From Candidatus Krumholzibacteriia bacterium (GTDB lineage: Bacteria > Krumholzibacteriota > Krumholzibacteriia > WVZY01 > JAKEHA01), in assembly GCA_025923935.1 (NCBI GenBank), contig JAICFA010000002.1:1-41213 (forward strand): a stretch of 41,213 nucleotides of DNA. Reading direction: 5' to 3'. Shown one piece after another: positions 18,581 through 28,710 of this stretch; position 1 is the stretch's first letter; the number at the start of each line of letters is the position of its first letter. The notes under the pieces were generated by a model, which made no database searches, was not told the DNA's origin, and saw only the letters and a program-made list of their open reading frames with translations. Made by a program: the position numbers and the translations under genes.

Positions 18581-19623
18581 TTGCGGCTCGCCTCCTCCTC
18601 GACTTCACGGAGGCGGCGCTCGAGCTCTTTCACGCGGCGGAAGAACTCGGGTAGCAGGGCGACGTGCGCGGCGAGTCGCTTGGCGAGGGAATGCTCGCGC
18701 GCCGGATAACCCGAGACCGCGGTGTTGGCGGGCACGTCCTTGGTGACGCCGGCCTGTCCCGCGAGCATGGCGCGCTCCCCGATGGTAATGTGTCCACCGA
18801 TCCCGGCCTGTCCCCCGATGACCACGCCAGTACCGATCTCGGTGCTCCCCGAGATACCGACTTGCGCAGCCACCACGCAGTGCTCGCCCATGACCACGTT
18901 GTGCGCGACCTGTACCAAATTGTCGATCTTGCTCCCGCGGCGAATGCGCGTCTCGCCGGTGGTGGCCCGATCGACGCAGGAATTAGCACCGATCTCCACG
19001 TCGTCCTCGATGACGACGCGGCCGATCTGCGGCACCTTGTGATGGGTCGAGCCGTTCTTGGCGTAGCCAAAACCGTCGGCGCCCAGCACCACGCCGGGCT
19101 GCAGAATGACGCGGTCGCCCACCGCGGTGCCTTCGCGCATGGTGACGTTGGGATAGATGAGGCAGTCGCGTCCGATCTGGACCGCCTCGCCCACAAACAC
19201 GCCAGCCACCAAGGTGGTGTTGTCGCCGATGCGGGCGCCCTTGGCCACGTGGCACAGCGGCCCGACGGCGACGTTGGCGCCGAGCGAGGCCCCCGCGTCC
19301 ACCACCGCCGATTCGTGCACGCCGCGCGGATAACGCACGGCCACGTCGGCGGCGAACAAATTCAAGACCTGGAGATAGGCGTAGTAGGGATTGTCGATCC
19401 GAATGACGGGCTTCTGCGCCGAGCGCCCCTGGGAGGTGATAACCGCCGAAGCACGCGTGACGTCGAGGAACTCTTCGTATTTGGAATTGGCAATAAAGGT
19501 GATTTCGCCCGGCTGCGCCTCGCGAATCCCCGCCACTCCGCGGATCAACGTCTGGCCATCACCGTCGACGGTACCACCAACGAGCTCGGCGAGCTCGTAC
19601 AGCTTGTACGAACGGGCACCCAA
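18577..19623 (-). CDS. lpxD: UDP-3-O-acylglucosamine N-acyltransferase
   Basis: ORF 18577..19623 with TTG start and no in-frame ATG nearby. N-terminus [18 protein letters not shown], followed by long hexapeptide repeats. Confidence 0.9.
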   Translation of the reverse strand: MGARSYKLYELAELVGGTVDGDGQTLIRGVAGIREAQPGEITFIANSKYEEFLDVTRASAVITSQGRSAQKPVIRIDNPYYAYLQVLNLFAADVAVRYPRGVHESAVVDAGASLGANVAVGPLCHVAKGARIGDNTTLVAGVFVGEAVQIGRDCLIYPNVTMREGTAVGDRVILQPGVVLGADGFGYAKNGSTHHKVPQIGRVVIEDDVEIGANSCVDRATTGETRIRRGSKIDNLVQVAHNVVMGEHCVVAAQVGISGSTEIGTGVVIGGQAGIGGHITIGERAMLAGQAGVTKDVPANTAVSGYPAREHSLAKRLAAHVALLPEFFRRVKELERRLREVEEEASRK

Positions 19624-19662
19624 AAAAATTCTGCACCTGCCTAAAACGCCAACTAGCGGTCA

Positions 19663-20193
19663 CTACCGCTGGTTCAAGCGCGTCAGCACGAGGTCGGTCA
19701 GGTCGAGCTTCTTGTCCGCATACACGACGTTCGCGTTGGCGACATCGAATACCATGCTGTACTTCTGCTCGATTGCGATTTGCTCGATAATTCGATTTAT
19801 CTTGTCGACTATCGGTTGTGTCAGCTCTTTGTTGCGCTTCGCGGCCAGGCCATTGTCGCCGAAGGTTTCTTCCATGAAGCGCTTGTACTCGTCCATCTTG
19901 CGGTTCATCTCGAGCCGGCGCTCTTGTTTTTTCTCTTCCGATAACATCGGACTCTGCGCATTCAGCTCTTCGCCCATACGCGCAATCTCTTGTTCCATGC
20001 GCTGCTTCTGGGCTTCCCACTGTTGGACGTCTTGACGATACACGCGTTCGGCGTCCTGCGTCTCCTTGTTTTCTGCAAAGATTTTTATCGAGTCAATGTA
20101 CCCAATCTTGACCTCCTGGGCAAGCGCGGACTCGACCCCGCCCAGGAGCGCCACCGCGGCTCCGAGAAACATTCCAAGCAGCTTGAGCTTCAT
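19663..20193 (-). CDS. skp: OmpH/Skp family periplasmic chaperone
   Basis: ORF 19663..20193 with ATG and AAGGAGAG upstream. Signal peptide MKLKLLGMFLGAAVALLGGVESALA. The body is Lys/Glu/Gln-rich and coiled-coil-like. It occupies the canonical position between bamA and lpxD. Confidence 0.85.
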   Translation of the reverse strand: MKLKLLGMFLGAAVALLGGVESALAQEVKIGYIDSIKIFAENKETQDAERVYRQDVQQWEAQKQRMEQEIARMGEELNAQSPMLSEEKKQERRLEMNRKMDEYKRFMEETFGDNGLAAKRNKELTQPIVDKINRIIEQIAIEQKYSMVFDVANANVVYADKKLDLTDLVLTRLNQR

Positions 20194-20229
20194 CAGTTAC
20201 ACTCTCCTTGAGTAACAGTCACGGTCACG

Positions 20230-22518
20230 TTAGAAAGACGATCCGAAGGTGATGTGCGGCTCCCAGCGAGCTCCGCCGAAGCGGTCGAAACCATATGCGT
20301 AGTCGAAGCCGAAGAGCCCAATCATGGGCAGCTCGATGACGATACCCATGCCGGCCCCCTTGAACAGATCGCCCCATTCGCTGCTGCCGAAGCTGTTCCA
20401 CGTGCCACCCATGTCGAGGAAGGTACGCCCGTACACGGTCGGCGCCACGATGGGAAACTCGATCTGGGCCACCGTGATGCTGTAGAAGCGACCGCCGGTG
20501 AACGGATCGTTGCCACGCGGCGTGATCTCGTAGAAGTCGTAGCCGCGCACGCCGTAACGACGATTGCCGCCCAGGCGAAAGCGTTCGTAGTCGGGAACCT
20601 GCCCGGCGTTGGCGTATCCATCCACCACACCGATGTTCTCGCGCAGCTCGAGCACGAACTTCCACAACAGCGACTGATACCACGACATGTCGATCTCGTA
20701 GCGTTGGATGTCGACGTCGCCGCCCAGTATGGCACCGGTCCAGCGCGCGTTGAACGTGGTGCGCGTGCCCAACGTAGGGTGGAACGGGCTATCGGTCGAG
20801 TTGCGGAACAGCGTGAGACCGATCGAGCTCGTGGTTTGCGGCCACACTTCGAAACGCAGTGGGCCGTTGTAGCCGGCGGTGAAGTCGGCCAGCTCCACTT
20901 CTTCCAGGCTGTAGCGGACCGAAGCCGTGGTGTAATCGAGCCAGGGGAACGGCCGCCCGACACGCAGCGAAAAACCGGTGCGGCGGTCGGAGTAGAACTG
21001 CTGCGACACGCGGTCCTGGTTGGCGGCGTACACCGACCCGGTGATTTCCGTCGGCGTGCCGAAGGCCCACGGCTGGGTGAACGACAAGCTGATGTCCTGG
21101 CGCGAGCGCGCGAACTCCCAGTTGCCGCTCACGCGGTAGCCGCGTCCGAGGAAGTTGGGCTCGGTGATGCCGATGAACCCGCTGATGCGGTTGAGCTGCG
21201 AGAAGCCCGCGCCCACGCGGAACTGCCCCGCCGATTTCTCCTCCACGCGCAGAGTGAGATCGATGTCGCCTTGGTCGTTGGCCTGTGTGACCTGCGGCTC
21301 CGGCGGCCCCGCGAAGAAACCCAGGTTGAACACTTCGCGCAGCGAGCGCCGCAGCCGATTGCTGGAGAACACGTCACCCGGCATGAGCACCAGCTCGCGC
21401 CGGATCACTTCCTCCCACGTTTTCGTGTTGCCCACGATGTTGATCTCGCGCACGTGCGCCAGATTGCCCTGCTGGATTTCGAAGGTCAGGTCGATGACGT
21501 TGCCGCGCACCGGGTGCTTGACCGGTGTCACGGTGGCATAGATGTAACCGCGGTCGCCGTACAAGTTGGACAGGTTGAACTGCATCTGGGTGAGTGCAAT
21601 GTCGTTGAACACTTGCCCCTTGTGAAAGGTGATCTGCGACGCGATGACGCTGTCGGGCAAGAGCTCGTTCCCCTTCCAGTCGATGTCACCCACGTAGTAC
21701 TGGCGGCCTTCGTTGATAGTGAAATAGATGTCGACGTCCTTGCTGTTGGCGGCAAAGTCGAGCTCGGGCTCGTCGACGGTGGCATCGAGGAAGCCGTACG
21801 TCTTGTACAGCTGAATGATGCCTTCGCGATCCTCCGCCAGCTGCTTGGGGCTGAAATCGCCGCCGCGCAAGAATCCCTTGGGCTTGGTCTTGATGGCCTT
21901 GCGAATACTCTCGGTGTCGACGAGGCGCGAGCCTACGAAATCGACGTGGCGCACCTTCACCTTCGCCCCTTCGCGAATGACATACACCAGCACTTGCTTC
22001 TTTTCTTTGGTGTCCTTCATTACCGTGTCCGTCACCGCGACGCTGTAGTAGCCCTTCTCCTTGTAAAGATCGGCGATGGCGGTGCGGTCCTTCTCCAAGA
22101 GCGACGGCCGCACGAAGGTTCCCTTGTCGACGGTGATCGCTTTCTTCAAATCGTCCTTGCCGACGTGATCGTCGCCCTCGAAGCGCACCTCGTCGACGCG
22201 CGGAAACTCCGCCACCTCGACGATGACGACGACCGAGTCGGACGCCGTCCCGTCCTCGCGGTAGGCGCGCACGTCGCGAAACTGCTTGGTCTCGTAGAGC
22301 CGCTTCAGCCCCGGCCGCAGCCGGTCGACGTCGTAGGGCTCGCCCACCTTCGCACCCAGCACGCGGCGGATCTTGGGGGCCGAGACTTGCTCGTTCCCCT
22401 TCACCTCGATGCGCTGAATGAACGTGGTGGGACGTCCCGGGGCCTGGGCGTGAGCCGCCGACCCCGCGAGGAACACCGCCACGGCGCCTACCAAAATCGC
22501 TAGCTTGTTGTCAGTCAT
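20230..22518 (-). CDS. bamA: Outer membrane protein assembly factor BamA
   Basis: ORF 20230..22590 trimmed to ATG 22518 (MTDNKLAILVGAVAVFLAGSAAHAQA signal peptide). POTRA-like repeats, a C-terminal beta-barrel and a terminal aromatic residue (GSSF). Confidence 0.92.
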   Translation of the reverse strand: MTDNKLAILVGAVAVFLAGSAAHAQAPGRPTTFIQRIEVKGNEQVSAPKIRRVLGAKVGEPYDVDRLRPGLKRLYETKQFRDVRAYREDGTASDSVVVIVEVAEFPRVDEVRFEGDDHVGKDDLKKAITVDKGTFVRPSLLEKDRTAIADLYKEKGYYSVAVTDTVMKDTKEKKQVLVYVIREGAKVKVRHVDFVGSRLVDTESIRKAIKTKPKGFLRGGDFSPKQLAEDREGIIQLYKTYGFLDATVDEPELDFAANSKDVDIYFTINEGRQYYVGDIDWKGNELLPDSVIASQITFHKGQVFNDIALTQMQFNLSNLYGDRGYIYATVTPVKHPVRGNVIDLTFEIQQGNLAHVREINIVGNTKTWEEVIRRELVLMPGDVFSSNRLRRSLREVFNLGFFAGPPEPQVTQANDQGDIDLTLRVEEKSAGQFRVGAGFSQLNRISGFIGITEPNFLGRGYRVSGNWEFARSRQDISLSFTQPWAFGTPTEITGSVYAANQDRVSQQFYSDRRTGFSLRVGRPFPWLDYTTASVRYSLEEVELADFTAGYNGPLRFEVWPQTTSSIGLTLFRNSTDSPFHPTLGTRTTFNARWTGAILGGDVDIQRYEIDMSWYQSLLWKFVLELRENIGVVDGYANAGQVPDYERFRLGGNRRYGVRGYDFYEITPRGNDPFTGGRFYSITVAQIEFPIVAPTVYGRTFLDMGGTWNSFGSSEWGDLFKGAGMGIVIELPMIGLFGFDYAYGFDRFGGARWEPHITFGSSF

Positions 22519-22550
22519 GAACCTACAAAAGAGGGGGCACAAACCACGCG

Positions 22551-22579
22551 ATGCTATCAGAGGTGCTGTTGCGGAGCAA
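22551..22579 (-). promoter_or_regulatory. Candidate sigma-70-type promoter for bamA (-35 TTGCTC, 17-nt spacer, -10 TAGCAT)
   Basis: Read on the minus strand: TTGCTC at 22579-22574 and TAGCAT at 22556-22551, 33 nt upstream of the bamA ATG. The -35 abuts the clpC terminator T-tract. Hexamer match only. Confidence 0.3.
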
Positions 22580-22618
22580 AAAGAAAACAAAATACCCCCG
22601 GCCGGCGCCAGGGGTATT
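22578..22618 (-). terminator. Rho-independent terminator after clpC
   Basis: On the minus strand: AAUACCCCUGGC, loop GCCG, GCCGGGGGUAUU (12-bp stem including one G-U pair, 22618-22591). This is followed by UUGUUUUCUUUUU (22590-22578). It lies 30 nt after the clpC stop. Confidence 0.8.
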
Positions 22619-22647
22619 TCGACGGATTGGGATGCCGGAACCAGCGC

Positions 22648-25104
22648 CTAGGTCGTCGACGCGTCCTCCGTCTCAGACTTGCGCGGTGTGTCAAACGACA
22701 ACTCGCCCTCCGCGACGCCGACGTGGACGCCCGCGTCCTTCTGCAGTCCGTGGGCGAGGATGAGCTCGGAGAGCGGATCCTCCACGTAGCGCTGGATGGC
22801 GCGCTTGACCGGCCGGGCACCGAGCGCCGGATCGAATCCGTGCTCGATCAAGAACTGCTTGGCCGCGTCCGAGAAGGTCACATTGACTTCGAGCACGTCG
22901 AGCCGCTTCGTGAAGTTCTTGAGCAGCACTTCCACGATCTGCTTCATGTCTTCCTTCTCGAGCTGGCGGAAGACGATGGCGTCGTCGAGACGGTTCAAGA
23001 ACTCGGGATTGAACGTCTTCTTCAGGTGGTCGAGGAGCTTGGCGCGCACCGATTGGAACTGCGCGTCGCTGCCCTCCTTCATGAAGCCCATGCTCTTGCC
23101 CGACTTGATCTCGGTGGCGCCGACGTTCGACGTCATAATGAGGACGGTGTTGCGGAAGTCGACGCGACGGCCGTAGCTGTCGGTGAGCTGCCCCTCTTCC
23201 ATCACCTGCAAGAGAATGTTGAACACATCGGGGTGCGCCTTCTCGATCTCGTCGAGCAGCACCACCGAATACGGTTTGCGGCGCACCTTTTCGGTGAGTT
23301 GGCCACCGTCGTCGTAGCCGACATAACCCGGCGGCGCCCCAATCAGGCGCGACACTGCGAACTTCTCCATGTACTCCGACATGTCGATGCGAATGAGCGC
23401 TTCGTCGGATTCGAAGAGTACTTCGGCGAGCGACTTGGCGAGCTCGGTCTTGCCCACACCGGTGGGTCCGAGGAAAATAAAGCTGCCGATGGGACGCTTG
23501 GGATCGCGCAGGCCCGCGCGGTTGCGGCGCACGGCGCGCGACACCGCTCTGACGGCTTCTTCCTGGCCGATGACACGGCGGCGCAGCATCTCTTCCAAGT
23601 GGAGGAGCTTCTCGGTTTCTTCCTTTTCCACTTCGGTGACCGGAATCCCCGTCATCGCGGCCACCACCTTGGAGATGTCGCGCGCGGTGACCACGGTTTC
23701 CTGCGCCTGCTTGGTCTCGGTCCAGTTCTTCCGAATGTCCTCGAGCTTGCGGCGCAGCTCTTTCTCGCGGTCGCGATAGCGCGCGGCTTTTTCAAACTCT
23801 TGCGCCTGAATGGCGGACTCTTTCTCCCGCGCCACGTCTTCGATCTCACGCTCCAAATCGGTGAGCTCGCTGGGAGCGGTCACCACGGAAAGGCGCGCGC
23901 GCGATCCGGCTTCGTCGATGACGTCGATGGCCTTGTCGGGCAAGAAGCGGTCGTGGATGTAGCGCTCGGAGAGAAACACCGCGGCGCGCACCGACTCGTC
24001 GTTGATCTTGACGCGGTGGTGGGCTTCGTACTTGTCGCGCAAGCCGAAGATGATCTGGATGGTCTCTTCCGGCGTGGGCGGGTTGACCATGATGGGCTGG
24101 AAGCGGCGCTCGAGCGCACCGTCCTTCTCGATGTACTTGCGGTACTCGTCGAGTGTGGTGGCACCGATGCACTGCAGCTCGCCGCGCGCCAGCGCCGGCT
24201 TGAGCATGTTGGACGCGTCGATCGCACCCTCGGCGCCGCCGGCGCCGACGATGGTGTGAATCTCGTCGATGAAGATGATGACGTCCTCGGCCTGGCGGAT
24301 CTCGTTGATGATCGACTTCAGGCGCTCTTCGAACTGGCCGCGATACTTGGTACCCGCCACCACCGACGCCAAGTCGAGCGTGCAGATGCGGCGGTCCTTC
24401 AGGATCTCCGGAACCTTGTTGTCGACGATGCGCTGTGCCAAGCCTTCGGCGATGGCGGTCTTGCCGACACCGGGCTCGCCGATCAGCACCGGATTGTTCT
24501 TCTTGCGGCGCGAGAGCACTTGAATGACGCGCTCGATCTCCTGCTCGCGGCCGATGATGGGATCGAGCTTGTTCTCGCGCGCCATTTGCGTGAGATCGCG
24601 CCCGAACTGGTCGAGATTGGGCGTGTCGCTCTTTTCCTTCTTGGATTTGCGCGTCTTGACGGTCGTGGTCGGGCCGAGGAGCTTCAAGACTTCCTCGCGC
24701 ACGCGCTTGCGGTCCACACCGAGCTCGGCCAGCACTTGGGCCGCCACCCCTTCGCCCTCGCGGATCAATCCCAGCAAGAGGTGCTCGGTGCCGACGTAAT
24801 TGTGTCCCAACAGCCGCGCTTCTTCGATGGCGAGCTCGAGCACGCGCTTGGCGCGCGGCGTAAACGGAATTTCGCCGATGGTAAGGGTGCCGCCCGAGCT
24901 CTTTACCATGTTCTCGACGGCCTGCTGGATCTGCTCGAAATCGAGCTCGAGCTTGGCCAGCACTTTGGCCGCGATGCCTTCGCCCTCGCGGACGATCCCC
25001 AGCAGCAGGTGCTCGGTGCCGATGTAGTCGTGCTGAAGTCGCGCCGCTTCGTCGCGCGCGTAGTAGATGACTTTTCGAACCCGGTCGGTGAAACGATCCT
25101 GCAT
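22648..25104 (-). CDS. clpC: ATP-dependent Clp protease ATP-binding subunit ClpC
   Basis: ORF 22648..25104 with ATG start. Two Clp_N repeats ([21 protein letters not shown] and [21 protein letters not shown]). Walker A motifs GEPGVGKT and GPTGVGKT. 818 aa. Confidence 0.93.
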   Translation of the reverse strand: MQDRFTDRVRKVIYYARDEAARLQHDYIGTEHLLLGIVREGEGIAAKVLAKLELDFEQIQQAVENMVKSSGGTLTIGEIPFTPRAKRVLELAIEEARLLGHNYVGTEHLLLGLIREGEGVAAQVLAELGVDRKRVREEVLKLLGPTTTVKTRKSKKEKSDTPNLDQFGRDLTQMARENKLDPIIGREQEIERVIQVLSRRKKNNPVLIGEPGVGKTAIAEGLAQRIVDNKVPEILKDRRICTLDLASVVAGTKYRGQFEERLKSIINEIRQAEDVIIFIDEIHTIVGAGGAEGAIDASNMLKPALARGELQCIGATTLDEYRKYIEKDGALERRFQPIMVNPPTPEETIQIIFGLRDKYEAHHRVKINDESVRAAVFLSERYIHDRFLPDKAIDVIDEAGSRARLSVVTAPSELTDLEREIEDVAREKESAIQAQEFEKAARYRDREKELRRKLEDIRKNWTETKQAQETVVTARDISKVVAAMTGIPVTEVEKEETEKLLHLEEMLRRRVIGQEEAVRAVSRAVRRNRAGLRDPKRPIGSFIFLGPTGVGKTELAKSLAEVLFESDEALIRIDMSEYMEKFAVSRLIGAPPGYVGYDDGGQLTEKVRRKPYSVVLLDEIEKAHPDVFNILLQVMEEGQLTDSYGRRVDFRNTVLIMTSNVGATEIKSGKSMGFMKEGSDAQFQSVRAKLLDHLKKTFNPEFLNRLDDAIVFRQLEKEDMKQIVEVLLKNFTKRLDVLEVNVTFSDAAKQFLIEHGFDPALGARPVKRAIQRYVEDPLSELILAHGLQKDAGVHVGVAEGELSFDTPRKSETEDASTT

Positions 25105-25120
25105 TGCTACTTCCGTCTTT

Positions 25121-26182
25121 CTAACGTTTCATCAACGCGTCGCGAATGCACTCGGCGCGGGCGACGTCCCGCTCTTGCGCGTCCATCGTGGTTCCCCGGC
25201 GCTTTTGCAGATGGGCCGGCTGGATGTAGACGACCAGCTCATTGAGGGTTTGAATCGACACGTCCCGCACCAGCCCCGCACCCACCCCCAGCCGAACCGC
25301 CGAGATCAGACTTAACGCTTCCTTGGTGTTGACACTCCGAGCATAACGAAGAAGACCATAGGCCCGCCAGACTTTATCCTCGAGCAATCTCTGTGCCTTG
25401 CTAAACAATAGCTCCCGCGAGCGACGCTCGTACTGGATCACCTTGACGACCATCTCGCGCAAGTTCTTGACGATCACGTCTTCCGGCGTTCCCAGGGCGG
25501 CGCTGTTGGAAAGCTGGAAGAAGTTCCCCATGACTTCCGATCCTTCGCCAAACAGCCCCCGGATCGAGTGATTGAGCTTCCGCAGCGACTCCAGAAGCTT
25601 GTGGATCTCCTTGCTGTGGACGAGCCCCGGCAGGTGGACCAGCACCGACACGCGCATGCCCGTGCCCAGGTTCGTCGGGCACGCGGTGAGAAATCCCAAG
25701 CGCTCGTGATACGCGATCTCGACGTCGGGTGCCAGCTGGTCGTCCAAGTCGTTGGCGCGCCGGAAGGCGCCGCCCACGTCGAATCCGGCAGCGAACCCCT
25801 GAATGCGCAGATGATCCTCCTCGTTGATCATCAGGCTGGTACCCTCGTCGGGCGTGAAAATCACCCCGCGCGAAGCCGAATTATGCAGAAAATCGCGGCT
25901 GACGAGGTGGCGCTCGGCCAAGAGCTGGCGGTCGAGCGTCGAGATTTCGCCCATCGCGATGTAGCGGCTACGCGCAAATGCCCGTGTGCGGCGGGCCGCG
26001 CCCAGAGACTTCCCTAAGATTGCTTCCAGCTCCGTATTGTCGCAGTTGTGGGTGAAGCGGTGCCCATTGAGGTTGCGCGCGATGCGCACCCGGCTCGAGA
26101 GCACGATCTCGTTCTCGTCGCCGCTCGCGTCCAGCCACGCACTCGGCCGGCCCAAGAGATCGTTGGAATCGAAGCCGCTCAT
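25121..26182 (-). CDS. mcsB: Protein arginine kinase McsB
   Basis: ORF 25121..26182. ATG forms an ATGA overlap with the mcsA stop. Phosphagen-kinase-like signatures [11 protein letters not shown] and [14 protein letters not shown]. Confidence 0.9.
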   Translation of the reverse strand: MSGFDSNDLLGRPSAWLDASGDENEIVLSSRVRIARNLNGHRFTHNCDNTELEAILGKSLGAARRTRAFARSRYIAMGEISTLDRQLLAERHLVSRDFLHNSASRGVIFTPDEGTSLMINEEDHLRIQGFAAGFDVGGAFRRANDLDDQLAPDVEIAYHERLGFLTACPTNLGTGMRVSVLVHLPGLVHSKEIHKLLESLRKLNHSIRGLFGEGSEVMGNFFQLSNSAALGTPEDVIVKNLREMVVKVIQYERRSRELLFSKAQRLLEDKVWRAYGLLRYARSVNTKEALSLISAVRLGVGAGLVRDVSIQTLNELVVYIQPAHLQKRRGTTMDAQERDVARAECIRDALMKR

Positions 26183-26691
26183 GCGTCGCCTTCCACCTGC
26201 GCCTCCAGCCCGCGAATCTCGTCGCGGATGGACGCGGCGCGCTCGTAGTCCTCGGCCTTGATCGCCTGGGTCAACTCTTCGCGCAGTGCCGACATGCGCT
26301 CACGCATGGCCGCGCGCTCGCCCACTTGGGCCGCCTTCTTGCCCGCGTGCTGGGTGCTGCCGTGCACGTGGCGCAGCACCTGGACCAATTGGGCCTCGAA
26401 TGCGTCGTAGCACTCGGGGCACCCCAGCCGTCCGATCTTCTTGAAGTCGGAATAGTGGTAGCCGCACGACGGGCAGCGAACCTTCGAGATGCGATCCGAT
26501 TCGGCTTCCACGGTTTCATCGATCAAGCCCGCCACTAAGTCGCCGAGACCGTACGGGCCTGCCTTGCTGACCTCGATCCCTTTTTCTTCCGCGCACTCCA
26601 TGCACAGATCCATCGCCATCATCTTCTCGTTGACGATCTCGGTGTAGTGCACCTTGGCGGGCCGCGTCTTGCAGTTCTGACAGATCGCCAT
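26179..26691 (-). CDS. mcsA: McsA-like activator of protein arginine kinase (zinc-finger plus UVR motif)
   Basis: ORF 26179..26994 trimmed to ATG 26691 ([16 protein letters not shown]). Four CxxC pairs (CQNC, CMEC, CPSC, CPEC) and a C-terminal UVR-like AIKAEDYERAASIRDEIRGLE. The upstream part of the ORF is Arg/Ala-rich and lies inside lolD. Confidence 0.8.
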   Translation of the reverse strand: MAICQNCKTRPAKVHYTEIVNEKMMAMDLCMECAEEKGIEVSKAGPYGLGDLVAGLIDETVEAESDRISKVRCPSCGYHYSDFKKIGRLGCPECYDAFEAQLVQVLRHVHGSTQHAGKKAAQVGERAAMRERMSALREELTQAIKAEDYERAASIRDEIRGLEAQVEGDA

Positions 26692-27377
26692 CAGCCTTCG
26701 ACCTCGCTCAGGCGCTTGTCGACCAGCACCAACATGCGGTCCGCGTGCGCACCGAACTGCCGTTTGTGGGTCACCACGACGAAGGTGCGCTGCTCGCTCG
26801 ACGCCAGGTCGCGGAGCAAGCGATGAATCGCTTCGCCGGTTTCGTCGTCGAGGTTGCCGGTCGGCTCGTCGGCGAACACCACCACCGGGTTGTTCACCAG
26901 CGCGCGGGCGATGGCGACGCGCTGCTGCTCGCCGCCGGAAAGCTCGCCGGGCCGGTGGCGCAGCCGCTCGCCCAAGCCGACGCGCTCGAGCCATCTCGTC
27001 GCCGCCTTGGCGGCGTCGCCGTTCGTCCGTTTCGCCACCAGCTGCGGCATCATGACGTTCTCCAAAGCGGTGAACTCCGGCAGCAAGAAATGAAACTGGA
27101 ACACAAAACCAATCGTTCGGCAGCGCAGCTCATCCAGCGCCTTCCCTTCGAGCGCGTGGATGTCTCGCCCGTGGATCTTTACCGTGCCACTGTCGGGACG
27201 GTCGAGCGAGCCCAAAACGTGCAACAGTGTGCTCTTGCCGACCCCCGAGGCCCCGGTGATGCAAACCACTTGCCCTTCCGCGACGGAAAGGTCGACATCC
27301 CGCAGGACCTCGATTGCGACGCCGGTCCCGCGATACACCCGGCCGACGCCGCTGGCCTCGAGCACTACCTGGCCCAT
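26691..27377 (-). CDS. lolD: Lipoprotein-releasing ABC transporter ATP-binding protein
   Basis: ORF 26691..27377. Walker [10 protein letters not shown], signature [15 protein letters not shown], Walker [13 protein letters not shown]. Adjacent to the LolC/E permease gene. Confidence 0.85.
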   Translation of the reverse strand: MGQVVLEASGVGRVYRGTGVAIEVLRDVDLSVAEGQVVCITGASGVGKSTLLHVLGSLDRPDSGTVKIHGRDIHALEGKALDELRCRTIGFVFQFHFLLPEFTALENVMMPQLVAKRTNGDAAKAATRWLERVGLGERLRHRPGELSGGEQQRVAIARALVNNPVVVFADEPTGNLDDETGEAIHRLLRDLASSEQRTFVVVTHKRQFGAHADRMLVLVDKRLSEVEG

Positions 27378-27453
27378 AATCTATGCCCCCACCGGCACCG
27401 AGACAAACTCCGATCCATCGCCGGCAAGCATTGTAGTAAGAATGAATTATCCA

Positions 27454-28710
27454 TTATAGGTCACGAATCGCTTCAACCGGGGTGAGGCGGCTGGCCTCCC
27501 AACTCGGGTAGACCGTGGCTAGGAAACAAATGACCACCGACGACAGGCCGATCAAGACCAGGTCTTGCCAGTGCACCAGTACCGGGAGCGTCTTGATGAA
27601 ATAGACGTCGCCGGGAAGGTCCAGGGAAACGCGGTCCAGCACGTAGCATGCAATCAGCCCGGTCACCAGCCCGCCGATGGTCCCTGCCACTCCGATGGCG
27701 GTCCCCTCCACCATGAAGACCGACATCACCCCTCGCCCCGACGCCCCCATGGAGCGCAAGATGCCGATCTCGCGCCGCTTCTCCATGATCACCATGGTGA
27801 GCATGCCGACCAGGTTGAACGCGGCCACCAAGATGATCAGCGTGAGCATGAGAAACATCAGCGTCTTTTCGATTTTCATGTAGCTGAACAGATTTTGATT
27901 CAGCTGTATCCAGTTATTGGTGCCGTAGTCGCGAATGTTCAAGACGGTTTGGATGTGCTCGTCGAACGACTCCGCGCGGTACATGTCCTTGATCATGACG
28001 CTTACTCCGCGCAGCCCGGTTTCGAAGTCGAACATCCGCTCGGCATCGTTGATATCGACGTACACGAAACGCGAGTCGAATTCGTACATGCCGCTGTTGA
28101 AAAATCCCAGTACGCGGCACACGTAGGTCTCGGGCTCGACGTCGTGGCCGCGCAGTGTGCCGGGAGCGGTCACGATGCTCAGCTCCTCGCCCAGCCCGAT
28201 GCCCAGGTCGAGGGCAAGGTCGAGCCCCAGCACCGCGCCCATGCGCGGCACTTCGTCCTCGAAGCCGCTGGTGTGGAACGAGTCGATGGAGGGACGGATG
28301 CTGTCCACCACCGACGAAACCAGATGCTCCTGGGCGAGATCGATGCCCTTCACCACCACACCGCGCAGCTTGGTGCGCCGCCCGGGGATGAGCTCGTACG
28401 CCGCCAACGCCTCCGAGCGCACGAAGGGCGCGGTCGCCACGACCTCTTTTTCCTGTTTGATGCGGGTGAGTGCGGTGTCCACGTCGGCCCAGGCGTCCGG
28501 GGTGCGCGCGAACACCAGCACGTGCGTGTTGAACCCGACGATGCGCTGGCGCAGTTCGGTTTCAAAGCCGTTGATCACCGACAGCACGATGACCAGCGTC
28601 ATCGTGCCGACAAACACCCCGCCCACGGCGATGGAGGTAATGCGCGAGACGAGTGCGGAGCGCTTCTTGGTTTGGAGATATCGCCGCGCGATGAACAGCG
28701 CGTAATTCAT
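27454..28710 (-). CDS. lolC: Lipoprotein-releasing ABC transporter permease (LolC/E family, single copy)
   Basis: ORF 27454..28710. ATG forms an ATGA overlap with the lysS stop. N-terminus MNYALFIARRYLQTKKRS, a large periplasmic loop and a C-terminal FtsX-like TM bundle. Confidence 0.85.
   Translation of the reverse strand: MNYALFIARRYLQTKKRSALVSRITSIAVGGVFVGTMTLVIVLSVINGFETELRQRIVGFNTHVLVFARTPDAWADVDTALTRIKQEKEVVATAPFVRSEALAAYELIPGRRTKLRGVVVKGIDLAQEHLVSSVVDSIRPSIDSFHTSGFEDEVPRMGAVLGLDLALDLGIGLGEELSIVTAPGTLRGHDVEPETYVCRVLGFFNSGMYEFDSRFVYVDINDAERMFDFETGLRGVSVMIKDMYRAESFDEHIQTVLNIRDYGTNNWIQLNQNLFSYMKIEKTLMFLMLTLIILVAAFNLVGMLTMVIMEKRREIGILRSMGASGRGVMSVFMVEGTAIGVAGTIGGLVTGLIACYVLDRVSLDLPGDVYFIKTLPVLVHWQDLVLIGLSSVVICFLATVYPSWEASRLTPVEAIRDL

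Noticed and set aside
19663-20193. Locally lower GC at skp, at parts of lolC (about 27860-28100) and at mcsB (about 25300-25400), considered as possible horizontally acquired patches.
   Set aside because: The dips coincide with Lys/Glu/Asn/Ile-rich or hydrophobic protein segments inside conserved syntenic genes. There are no flanking repeats, integrases or tRNAs.
22627-25245. Very long plus-strand ORFs antisense to real genes. Examples: 872 aa opposite clpC, 749 aa at 20254..22503 opposite bamA, 534 aa at 2772..4376 opposite prkA, 572 aa at 10097..11815 opposite nadB, and 497 aa at 7949..9442 opposite bshC.
   Set aside because: Their translations are Arg/Ala/Gly/His/Val-rich low-information strings with no recognisable motifs. 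The opposite strand encodes full-length, motif-bearing proteins. Long stop-free antisense frames are expected in GC-rich DNA.
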